Assembly (NCBI GenBank): GCA_964016885.1
Contig: OZ024740.1
Span: 46,128,001-46,192,000, forward strand
Source: Eledone cirrhosa
Lineage: Eukaryota
Length of the DNA: 64,000 nt
Reading direction: 5' to 3'
Part shown: positions 49,155-64,000 of the stretch, piece after piece
Position numbering within the stretch: the first letter of the stretch is position 1
Layout: each line of letters starts with the position of its first letter
Position numbers and translations under genes: made by a program
Notes under the pieces: model-generated
Seen by the model: only the letters and a program-made list of their open reading frames with translations
Database searches by the model: none
Told to the model about the DNA's origin: nothing

Positions 49155-52100
49155 AACACACGAGAAGGTAATACACACATCTAGGACCATATACAACACA
49201 CGAGCAGGTAATACACACATATAGAACCACATACAACACACGAGCAGGTAATACACACATATAGGACCACATACAACACACGAGCAGGAAATACACGCAT
49301 CTAGGACCACGTACAACACACGAGCAGGTAATACACACATCTAGGACCATATACAACACACGAGAAGGTAATACACACATCTAGGACCATATACAACACA
49401 CGAGAAGATAATACACACATCTAGGACCATATACAACACACGAGATGGTAATACACATATCTAGGACCACATACAACACACGAGAAGTTAAAACACACAT
49501 CTAGGACCACATACAACACACGAGAAGGTAATACACACATCTAGGACGATATACAACAGACGATAAGGTAATACACACATCTAGGACCACATACAACACA
49601 CAAGAAGGTAATACACACATCTAGGACCACATACAACACACGAGAAGATAATACACACATCTAGGACCACATACAACACACGAGAAGGTAATACACACAT
49701 CTAAGACTACATGCAACACACGAGAAGGTAATACACATATCTAGGACCACATACAACACACGAGAAGGTAATACACACATCTAGGACCACATACAATACA
49801 CGATAAGGTAATACACACATCTAGGGCCATATACAACACACGATAAGGTAATACACACATCTAAGACTACATACAACACACGAGAAGGTAATACACACAT
49901 CTAGGACCACATACAACACACGATAAGGTAATACACACATCTAGGACCATATACAACACACAAGAAGGTAATACACAGATCTAGGGCCACATACAACAGA
50001 CGAGAAGGTAATACACACATCTAGGACCACATACAACACACGAGAGGGTAATACACACACCTATGGCCACATAGAACACACGAGAAGGTAATACACACAT
50101 CTAAGACCACATACAACACACGAGAAGGTAATACACACATCTAGAACCATATACAACACACGAGAAGATAATACACACATCTAGGACCACATACAACACA
50201 CGAGAAGGTAATACACACATCTAAGACCATATAAAACACACGAGAAAGTAATACACACATCTAGGACCACATACAACACACGAGAAGGTAATACACACAT
50301 CTAAGACCACATACAACACACGAGAAGGTAATACACACATCTAAGACTACATACAACTCACGAGAGGGTAATACACACATCTAGGATCACATACAACACA
50401 CGAGAAGGTAATACACACATCTAGGACCACATACAACACACGAGAAGGTAATACACACATCTAGGACCACATACAACACACGAGAAGGTAATGCACACAC
50501 CTAGGACCACATACAACACACGAGAGGGTAATACACACATCTAGGACCACATACAACACACGAGAAGATAATACACACATCTAGGACCACATACAACACA
50601 CGAGAAGTTAATACACACATCTAGGACCATATACAACGGACGAGCAGGTAATACACACATCTAGGACCATATACAACACACGAGAAGGTAATACACAGAT
50701 CTAAGACCATATACAACACACGAGAAGGTAATACACACATCTAGGACCACATACAACACACGAGAAGGTAATACACACATCTAGGACCATATACAACACA
50801 CGATAAGGTAATACACACATCTAAGAATACATACAACACACGAGAAGGTAATACACACATCTAGGACAATATACAACACACAAGAAGGTAATACACACAT
50901 CTAGGACCACATACAACACACGAGAAGGTAATACACACATCTAGGACAACATACAACACACCAGAAGGTAATACACACATCCAGGACCACATACAACACA
51001 CGAGAAGATAATACACACATCTAGGACCACATACAACACACGAGAAGATAATACACACATCTAGGACCACATACAACACACGAGAAGGTAATACACACAT
51101 CTAGGACCACATACAACACACGAGAAGATAATACACACATCTAGGACCACATACAACACACGAGAAGGTAATACACACATCTAGGACCACATACAACACA
51201 CGAGAAGATAATACACACATCTAGGACCACATACAACACACGAGAAGGTAATACACACATCTAGGACCACATACAACACACGATAAGGTAATACACACAT
51301 CTAGGACCATATACAACACACAAGAAGGTAATACACACATCTAGGACCACATACAACAGACGAGCAGGTAATACACACATCTAGGACCAAATACAACACA
51401 CGAGAAGGTAATACACACATCTAAGACTACATACAACACACGAGAAGGTAATACACATATCTAGAACCATATACAACACACAAGAAGGTAATGCACACAC
51501 CTAGGATCACATACAACACACGAGAGGGTAATACACACATCTTGGACCACATACAACACACGAGAGGGTAATACACACATCTAGGACCATATGCAACACA
51601 CGAGAAGGAAATACACACATCTAGGACTACATACAACACACGAGAAGGTAATACACACACCTATCGCCACATACAACACACGAGAAGGTAATACACACAT
51701 CTAAGACCACATACAACACACGATAAGGTAATACACACATCTAGAACCATATACAACACACGAGAAGATAATACACACATCTAGGACCACATACAACACA
51801 CGAGAAGGTAATACACACATCTAGGACCACATACAACACACGAGAAGGTAATACACACATCTAAGACCATATACAACACACGAGAAGGTAATACACACAT
51901 CTAGGACCACATACAACACACGAGAAGGTAATATACACATTCTAGGACCACATACAACACACGAGAAGGTAATACACACATCTAGGACTACAAACAACAC
52001 ACGAGAAGGTAATACACACACCTATGGCCACATACAACACACGAGAAGGTAATACACACACCTATGGCCACATACAACACACGAGAAGGTAATACACACA

Positions 52101-55100
52101 TCTAGGACCACATTCAACACACGAGAAGGTAATACACACATCTAGGACCACATACAACACACGAGAAGGTAATACACACATCTTGGACCACATACAACAC
52201 ACGAGAAGGTAATACACACATCTAGGACCACATACAACACACGAGAAGGTAATACACACATCTAAGACTACATACAACTCACGAGAAGGTAATACACACA
52301 TCTAGGATCATATACAACACACGAGAAGGTAATACACACATCTAGGACCACATACAACACACGAGAAGGTAATACACACATCTAGGACCACATACAACAC
52401 ACGAGAAGGTAATACACACATCTTGGACCACATACAACACACGAGAAGGTAATACACACATCTAGGACCACATACAACACACGAGAAGGTAATACACACA
52501 TCTAGGACCATATACAACACACGAGAAGGTAATACACACACCTAGGACCACATACAACAGACGAGCAGGTAATACACACATCTAGGACCATATACAACAC
52601 ACGATAAGGTAATACACACATCTAAGACTACATACAACACACGAGAAAATAATACACACATCTAGGACCATATGCAACACACGAGAAGGTAATACACACA
52701 TCTAGGACCACATACAACACACGAGAAGGTAATACACACATCTAGGACCACATACAACGCACGAGAAGGTAATACACACATCTAGAACCATATACAACAC
52801 ACGAGCAGGTAATACACACATCTAGCACCACATACAACACACGAGAAGGTAATACACACATCTAGGATCACATACAACACAGGAGAAGGTAATACACACA
52901 TCCAGGACCACATACAACACACGAGAAGATAATACACACATCTAGGACCACATACAACACACGAGAAGGTAATACACACATCTAGGACCACATACAACAC
53001 ACGATAAGGTAATACACACATCTAGGACCATATACAACACACAAGAAGGTAATACACACATCTAGGACCACATACAACAGACGAGCAGGTAATACACACA
53101 TCTAGGACAAATATAACACACGAGAAGGTAATACACACATCTAAGATTACATACAACACACGAGAAGGTAATACACATATCTAGGACCATATACAACACA
53201 CGAGAAGGTAATGCACACACCTAGGACCACATACAACACACGAGAGGGTAATACACACATCTAGGACCACATAAAACACACGAGAAGATAATACACACAT
53301 CTAGGACCACATACAACACACGAGAAGTTAATACACACATCTAGGACCATATACAACACACGAGAAGGTAATACACACATCTAGGACCACATACAACACA
53401 CGAGAAGGTAATACACACATCTAGGACCATATACAACGGACGAGCAGGTAATACACACATCTAGGACCATATACAACACACGAGAAGGTAATACACACAT
53501 CTAAGACTACATACAACACACGAGAAGGTAATACACACATCTAGGACCACATACAACACACGAGAAGGTAATGCACACATCTAGGACCATATACAACACA
53601 CGAGAAGGTAATACACACATCTAGGACCATATACAACACACGATAAGGTAATACACACATCTAAGAATACATACAACACACGAGAAGGTAATACACACAT
53701 CTAGGACCATATACAACACACAAGAAGGTAATACACACATCTAGGACCACATACAACAGACGAGCAGGTAATACACACATCTAGGACCACATACAACACA
53801 CGAGAAGGTAATACACACATCTAAGACTACATACAACACACGAGAAGGTAATACACATATCTAGGACCATATACAACACACGAGAAGGTAATACACACAC
53901 CTAGGACCACATACAACACACGAGAGGGTAATACACACATCTAGGACCATATGCAACACACAAGAAGGAAATACACACATCTAGGACTACATACAACACA
54001 CGAGAAGGTAATACACACACCTATGGCCACATACAACACACGAGAAGGTAATGCACACATCTAAGACCACATACAACACACGATAAGGTAATACACACAT
54101 CTAGAACCATATACAACACACGAGAAGATAATACACACATCTAGGACCACATACAACACACGAGAAGGTAATACACACATCTAGGACCACATACAACACA
54201 CGAGAAGGTAATACACACATCTAAGACCATATACAACACACGAGAAGGTAATACACACATCTAGGACCACATACAACACACGAGAAGGTAATACACACAT
54301 CTAGGACCATATACAACACACGAGAAGGTAATACACACACCTAGTACCACATACAACACACGAGAGGGTAATACACACATCTAGGACCATATGCAACACA
54401 CGAGAAGGAAATACACACATCTAGGACTACATACAACACACGAGAAGGTAATATACACACCTATGGCCACATACAACACACGAGAAGGTAATACACACAT
54501 CTAAGACCACATACAACACACGAGAAGGTAATACACACATCTAGAACCATATACAACGCACGAGAAGATAATACACACATCTAGGACCACATACAACACA
54601 CGAGAAGGTAATACACACATCTAGGACCACATACAACACACGAGAAGGTAATACACACATCTAAGACAATATACAACACACGAGAAGGTAATACACACAT
54701 CTAGGACCACATACAACACACGAGAAGGTAATACACACATTCTAGGACCACATACAACACACGAGAAGGTAATACACACATCTAGGACTACAAACAACAC
54801 ACGAGAAGGTAATACACACACCTATGGCCACATACAACACACGAGAAGGTAATACACACACCTATGGCCACATACAACACACGAGAAGGTAATACACACA
54901 TCTAGGACCACATTCACCACACGAGAAGGTGATACACACATTCTAGGACCACATACAACACACGAGAAAGTAATACACACATCTAGGACTACAAACAACA
55001 CACGAGAAGGTAATACACACACCTATGGCCACATACAACACACGAGAAGGTAATACACACATCTAAGACCACATACAACACACGATAAGGTAATACACAC

Positions 55101-58100
55101 ATCTAGAACCATATACAACACACGAGAAGATAATACACACATCTAGGACCACATACAACACACGAGAAGATAATACACACATCTAGGACCACATACAACA
55201 CACGAGAAGGTAATACACACATCTAAGACCATATACAACACACGAGAAGATAATACACACATCTAGGACCACATACAACACACGAGAAGGTAATAGACAC
55301 ATCTAGGACCACATACAACACACGAGAAGGTAATACACACATCTAAGACCACATACAACACACTAGAAGGTAATACACACATCTAAGACTACATACAACT
55401 CACGAGAAGGTAATACACACATCTAGGACCACATACAACACACGAGAAGGTAATACACACATCTAGGACCACATACAACACACGAGAAGGTAATACACAC
55501 ATCTAGGACCACATACAACACACGAGAAGGTAATACACACATCTAGGACCACATACAACACACGAAAAGGTAATACACACATCTAGGACCATATATAACA
55601 CACGAGAAGGTAATACACACACCTAGGACCACATACAACAGACGAGCAGGTAATACACACATCTAGGACCATATACAACACACGATAAGATAATACACAC
55701 ATCTAAGACTACATACAACACACGAGAAAATAATACACACATCTAGGACCATATGCAACACACGAGAAGGTAATACACACATCTAGGACCATATGCAACA
55801 CACGAGAAGGTAATACACACATCTAGGACCGCATACAACACACGAGAAGGTAATACACACATCTAGAACCATATACAACACACGAGCAGGTAATACACAC
55901 ATCTAGCACCACATACAACACACGAGAAGGTAATACACACATCTAGGACCACATACAACACAGGAGAAGGTAATACACACATCCAGGACCACATACAACA
56001 CACGAGAAGATAATACACACATCTAGGACCACATACAACACACGAGCAGTTAATACACACATCTAGGACCATATACAACACACGAGAAGGTAATACACAC
56101 ATCTAGGACCACATACAACACACGAGAAGGTAATACACACATCTAGGACCATATACAACGGACGAGCAGGTAATACACACATCTAGGACCATATACAACA
56201 CACGAGAAGGTAATACACACATCTAAGACTACATACAACACACGAGAAGGTAATACACACATCTAGGACAATATACAACACACGAGCAGTTAATACACAC
56301 ATCTAGGACCATATACAACACACGAGAAGGTAATACACACATCTAGGACCACATACAACACACGATAAGGTAATACACACATCTAGGACCACATACAACA
56401 CACGAGAAGGTAATACACACATCTAGGACCATATACAACACACGATAAGGTAATACACACATCTAAGAATACATACAACACACGAGAAGGTAATACACAC
56501 ATCTAGGACAATATACAACACACAAGAAGGTAATACACACATCTAGGACCACATACAACACACGAGAAGGTAATACACACATCTAGGACAACATACAACA
56601 CACGAGAAGGTAATACACACATCTAGGACCACATACAACACACGAGAAGGTAATACACACATCTAGGACAACATACAACACACGAGAAGGTAATACACAC
56701 ATCTAGGACAACATACAACACACGAGAAGGTAATACACACATCCAGGACCACATACAACACACGAGAAGATAATACACACATCTAGGACCACATACAACA
56801 CACGAGAAGGTAATACACACATCTAGGACCACATACAACACACGATAAGGTAATACACACATCTAGGACCATATACAACACACAAGAAGGTAATACACAC
56901 ATCTAGGACCACATACAACAGACGAGCAGGTAATACACACATCTAAGACTACATACAACACACGAGAAGGTAATACACATATCTAGAACCATATACAACA
57001 CACAAGAAGGTAATGCACACACCTAGGATCACATACAACACACGAGAGGGTAATACACACATCTTGGACCACATACAACACACGAGAGGGTAATACACAC
57101 ATCTAGGACCATATACAACACACGAGAAGGAAATACACACATCTAGGACTACATACAACACACGAGAAGGTAATACACACACCTATCGCCACATACAACA
57201 CACGAGAAGGTAATACACACATCTAAGACCACATACAACACACGATAAGGTAATACACACATCTAGAACCATATACAACACACGAGAAGATAATACACAC
57301 ATCTAGGACCACATACAACACACGAGAAGGTAATACACACATCTAGGACCACATACAACACACGAGAAGGTAATACACACATCTAAGACCATATACAACA
57401 CACGAGAAGGTAATACACACATCTAGGACCACATACAACACACGAGAAGGTAATATACACATTCTAGGACCACATACAACACACGAGAAGGTAATACACA
57501 CATCTAGGACTACAAACAACACACGAGAAGGTAATACACACACCTATGGCCACATACAACACACGAGAAGGTAATACACACACCTATGGCCACATACAAC
57601 ACACGAGAAGGTAATACACACATCTAGGACCACATTCAACACACGAGAAGGTAATACACACATCTAGGACCACATACAACACACGAGAAGGTAATACACA
57701 CATCTTGGACCACATACAACACACGAGAAGGTAATACACACATCTAGGACCACATACAACACACGAGAAGGTAATACACACATCTAAGACTACATACAAC
57801 TCACGAGAAGGTAATACACACATCTAGGATCATATACAACACACGAGAAGGTAATACACACATCTAGGACCACATACAACACACGAGAAGGTAATACACA
57901 CATCTAGGACCACATACAACACACGAGAAGGTAATACACACATCTTGGACCACATACAACACACGAGAAGGTAATACACACATCTAGGACCACATACAAC
58001 ACACGAGAAGGTAATACACACATCTAGGACCATATACAACACACGAGAAGGTAATACACACACCTAGGACCACATACAACAGACGAACAGGTAATACACA

Positions 58101-61100
58101 CATCTAGGACCATATACAACACACGATAAGGTAATACACACATCTAAGACTACATACAACACACGAGAAAATAATACACACATCTAGGACCATATGCAAC
58201 ACACGAGAAGGTAATACACACATCTAGGACCACATACAACACACGAGAAGGTAATACACACATCTAGGACCACATACAACGCACGAGAAGGTAATACACA
58301 CATCTAGAACCATATACAACACACGAGCAGGTAATACACACATCTAGCACCACATACAACACACGAGAAGGTAATACACACATCTAGGATCACATACAAC
58401 ACAGGAGAAGGTAATACACACATCCAGGACCACATACAACACACGAGAAGATAATACACACATCTAGGACCACATACAACACACGAGAAGGTAATACACA
58501 CATCTAGGACCACATACAACACACGATAAGGTAATACACACATCTAGGACCATATACAACACACAAGAAGGTAATACACACATCTAGGACCACATACAAC
58601 AGACGAGCAGGTAATACACACATCTAGGACAAATATAACACACGAGAAGGTAATACACACATCTAAGATTACATACAACACACGAGAAGGTAATACACAT
58701 ATCTAGGACCATATACAACACACGAGAAGGTAATGCACACACCTAGGACCACATACAACACACGAGAGGGTAATACACACATCTAGGACCACATAAAACA
58801 CACGAGAAGATAATACACACATCTAGGACCACATACAACACACGAGAAGTTAATACACACATCTAGGACCATATACAACACACGAGAAGGTAATACACAC
58901 ATCTAGGACCACATACAACACACGAGAAGGTAATACACACATCTAGGACCATATACAACGGACGAGCAGGTAATACACACATCTAGGACCATATACAACA
59001 CACGAGAAGGTAATACACACATCTAAGACTACATACAACACACGAGAAGGTAATACACACATCTAGGACCACATACAACACACGAGAAGGTAATGCACAC
59101 ATCTAGGACCATATACAACACACGAGAAGGTAATACACACATCTAGGACCATATACAACACACGATAAGGTAATACACACATCTAAGAATACATACAACG
59201 CACGAGAAGGTAATACACACATCTAGGACCATATACAACACACAAGAAGGTAATACACACATCTAGGACCACATACAACAGACGAGCAGGTAATACACAC
59301 ATCTAGGACCACATACAACACACGAGAAGGTAATACACACATCTAAGACTACATACAACACACGAGAAGGTAATACACATATCTAGGACCATATACAACA
59401 CACGAGAAGGTAATACACACACCTAGGACCACATACAACACACGAGAGGGTAATACACACATCTAGGACCATATGCAACACACAAGAAGGAAATACACAC
59501 ATCTAGGACTACATACAACACACGAGAAGGTAATACACACACCTATGGCCACATACAACACACGAGAAGGTAATGCACACATCTAAGACCACATACAACA
59601 CACGATAAGGTAATACACACATCTAGAACCATATACAACACACGAGAAGATAATACACACATCTAGGACCACATACAACACACGAGAAGGTAATACACAC
59701 ATCTAGGACCACATACAACACACGAGAAGGTAATACACACATCTAAGACCATATACAACACACGAGAAGGTAATACACACATCTAGGACCACATACAACA
59801 CACGAGAAGGTAATACACACATCTAGGACCATATACAACACACGAGAAGGTAATACACACACCTAGTACCACATACAACACACGAGAGGGTAATACACAC
59901 ATCTAGGACCATATGCAACACACGAGAAGGAAATACACACATCTAGGACTACATACAACACACGAGAAGGTAATATACACACCTATGGCCACATACAACA
60001 CACGAGAAGTTAATACACACATCTAAGACCACATACAACACACGAGAAGGTAATACACACATCTAGAACCATATACAACGCACGAGAAGATAATACACAC
60101 ATCTAGGACCACATACAACACACGAGAAGGTAATACACACATCTAGGACCACATACAACACACGAGAAGGTAATACACACATCTAAGACAATATACAACA
60201 CACGAGAAGGTAATACACACATCTAGGACCACATACAACACACGAGAAGGTAATACACACATTCTAGGACCACATACAACACACGAGAAGGTAATACACA
60301 CATCTAGGACTACAAACAACACACGAGAAGGTAATACACACACCTATGGCCACATACAACACACGAGAAGGTAATACACACACCTATGGCCACATACAAC
60401 ACACGAGAAGGTAATACACACATCTAGGACCACATTCACCACACGAGAAGGTGATACACACATTCTAGGACCACATACAACACACGAGAAAGTAATACAC
60501 ACATCTAGGACTACAAACAACACACGAGAAGGTAATACACACACCTATGGCCACATACAACACACGAGAAGGTAATACACACATCTAAGACCACATACAA
60601 CACACGATAAGGTAATACACACATCTAGAACCATATACAACACACGAGAAGATAATACACACATCTAGGACCACATACAACACACGAGAAGATAATACAC
60701 ACATCTAGGACCACATACAACACACGAGAAGGTAATACACACATCTAAGACCATATACAACACACGAGAAGATAATACACACATCTAGGACCACATACAA
60801 CACACGAGAAGGTAATAGACACATCTAGGACCACATACAACACACGAGAAGGTAATACACACATCTAAGACCACATACAACACACTAGAAGGTAATACAC
60901 ACATCTAAGACTACATACAACTCACGAGAAGGTAATACACACATCTAGGACCACATACAACACACGAGAAGGTAATACACACATCTAGGACCACATACAA
61001 CACACGAGAAGGTAATACACACATCTAGGACCACATACAACACACGAGAAGGTAATACACACATCTAGGACCACATACAACACACGAAAAGGTAATACAC

Positions 61101-64000
61101 ACATCTAGGACCATATATAACACACGAGAAGGTAATACACACACCTAGGACCACATACAACAGACGAGCAGGTAATACACACATCTAGGACCATATACAA
61201 CACACGATAAGATAATACACACATCTAAGACTACATACAACACACGAGAAAATAATACACACATCTAGGACCATATGCAACACACGAGAAGGTAATACAC
61301 ACATCTAGGACCATATGCAACACACGAGAAGGTAATACACACATCTAGGACCGCATACAACACACGAGAAGGTAATACACACATCTAGAACCATATACAA
61401 CACACGAGCAGGTAATACACACATCTAGCACCACATACAACACACGAGAAGGTAATACACACATCTAGGACCACATACAACACAGGAGAAGGTAATACAC
61501 ACATCCAGGACCACATACAACACACGAGAAGATAATACACACATCTAGGACCACATACAACACACGAGCAGTTAATACACACATCTAGGACCATATACAA
61601 CACACGAGAAGGTAATACACACATCTAGGACCACATACAACACACGAGAAGGTAATACACACATCTAGGACCATATACAACGGACGAGCAGGTAATACAC
61701 ACATCTAGGACCATATACAACACACGAGAAGGTAATACACACATCTAAGACTACATACAACACACGAGAAGGTAATACACACATCTAGGACAATATACAA
61801 CACACGAGCAGTTAATACACACATCTAGGACCATATACAACACACGAGAAGGTAATACACACATCTAGGACCACATACAACACACGATAAGGTAATACAC
61901 ACATCTAGGACCACATACAACACACGAGAAGGTAATACACACATCTAGGACCATATACAACACACGATAAGGTAATACACACATCTAAGAATACATACAA
62001 CACACGAGAAGGTAATACACACATCTAGGACAATATACAACACACAAGAAGGTAATACACACATCTAGGACCACATACAACACACGAGAAGGTAATACAC
62101 ACATCTAGGACAACATACAACACACGAGAAGGTAATACACACATCTAGGACCACATACAACACACGAGAAGGTAATACACACATCTAGGACAACATACAA
62201 CACACGAGAAGGTAATACACACATCTAGGACAACATACAACACACGAGAAGGTAATACACACATCCAGGACCACATACAACACACGAGAAGATAATACAC
62301 ACATCTAGGACCACATACAACACACGAGAAGGTAATACACACATCTAGGACCACATACAACACACGATAAGGTAATACACACATCTAGGACCATATACAA
62401 CACACAAGAAGGTAATACACACATCTAGGACCACATACAACAGACGAGCAGGTAATACACACATCTAAGACTACATACAACACACGAGAAGGTAATACAC
62501 ATATCTAGAACCATATACAACACACAAGAAGGTAATGCACACACCTAGGATCACATACAACACACGAGAGGGTAATACACACATCTTGGACCACATACAA
62601 CACACGAGAGGGTAATACACACATCTAGGACCATATACAACACACGAGAAGGAAATACACACATCTAGGACTACATACAACACACGAGAAGGTAATACAC
62701 ACACCTATCGCCACATACAACACACGAGAAGGTAATACACACATCTAAGACCACATACAACACACGATAAGGTAATACACACATCTAGAACCATATACAA
62801 CACACGAGAAGATAATACACACATCTAGGACCACATACAACACACGAGAAGGTAATACACACATCTAGGACCACATACAACACACGAGAAGGTAATACAC
62901 ACATCTAAGACCATATACAACACACGAGAAGGTAATACACACATCTAGGACCACATACAACACACGAGAAGGTAATATACACATTCTAGGACCACATACA
63001 ACACACGAGAAGGTAATACACACATCTAGGACTACAAACAACACACGAGAAGGTAATACACACACCTATGGCCACATACAACACACGAGAAGGTAATACA
63101 CACACCTATGGCCACATACAACACACGAGAAGGTAATACACACATCTAGGACCACATTCAACACACGAGAAGGTAATACACACATCTAGGACCACATACA
63201 ACACACGAGAAGGTAATACACACATCTTGGACCACATACAACACACGAGAAGGTAATACACACATCTAGGACCACATACAACACACGAGAAGGTAATACA
63301 CACATCTAAGACTACATACAACTCACGAGAAGGTAATACACACATCTAGGATCATATACAACACACGAGAAGGTAATACACACATCTAGGACCACATACA
63401 ACACACGAGAAGGTAATACACACATCTAGGACCACATACAACACACGAGAAGGTAATACACACATCTTGGACCACATACAACACACGAGAAGGTAATACA
63501 CACATCTAGGACCACATACAACACACGAGAAGGTAATACACACATCTAGGACCATATACAACACACGAGAAGGTAATACACACACCTAGGACCACATACA
63601 ACAGACGAGCAGGTAATACACACATCTAGGACCATATACAACACACGATAAGGTAATACACACATCTAAGACTACATACAACACACGAGAAAATAATACA
63701 CACATCTAGGACCATATGCAACACACGAGAAGGTAATACACACATCTAGGACCACATACAACACACGAGAAGGTAATACACACATCTAGGACCACATACA
63801 ACGCACGAGAAGGTAATACACACATCTAGAACCATATACAACACACGAGCAGGTAATACACACATCTAGCACCACATACAACACACGAGAAGGTAATACA
63901 CACATCTAGGACCACATACAACACAGGAGAAGGTAATACACACATCCAGGACCACATACAACACACGAGAAGATAATACACACACCTATGACCATATACA
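49155..64000. repeat. 40-bp satellite (ACACACGAGAAGGTAATACACACATCTAGGACCAYATACA)n, ~370 monomers, with a 5522-bp higher-order repeat
   Basis: Exact 40-bp phase. Variant-dependent ORFs recur at +5522 (51427/56949/62471, 51821/57343/62865, 54621/60143, 55863/61385). Confidence 0.98.

Noticed and set aside
49155-64000. CRISPR array or repeated MCVLPSRVLY peptide genes
   Set aside because: The monomers are contiguous with no unique spacers and no cas genes, and the ORFs are satellite translations.

Overview
Eukaryotic, AT-rich, repeat-saturated DNA, most likely a coleoid cephalopod (octopus-like), judged from a reflectin sequence and the SINE and microsatellite landscape. Two satellite arrays bracket the window: a G/T-rich (GGTGTGGT)n-type array at 1-8905 and a 40-bp satellite with a 5522-bp higher-order repeat at ~49155-64000. 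The only host-gene-like sequence is a decayed reflectin (minus strand, ~18650-19262) with a premature stop and a SINE at its 3' end. The rest is mobile DNA: Penelope-like (PLE) RT/GIY-YIG remnants with minimal hammerhead-ribozyme-like motifs, a head-to-tail train of R4/Dong-like RLE LINEs each bounded by (CATA)n, GC-rich CRE-like LINE pieces, a non-coding LTR element with PBS, PPT and TSD, a non-autonomous Helitron, MITEs/foldbacks, many tRNA-derived SINEs and microsatellites. All calls were made by eye without database searches. Boundaries of degenerate elements are approximate.
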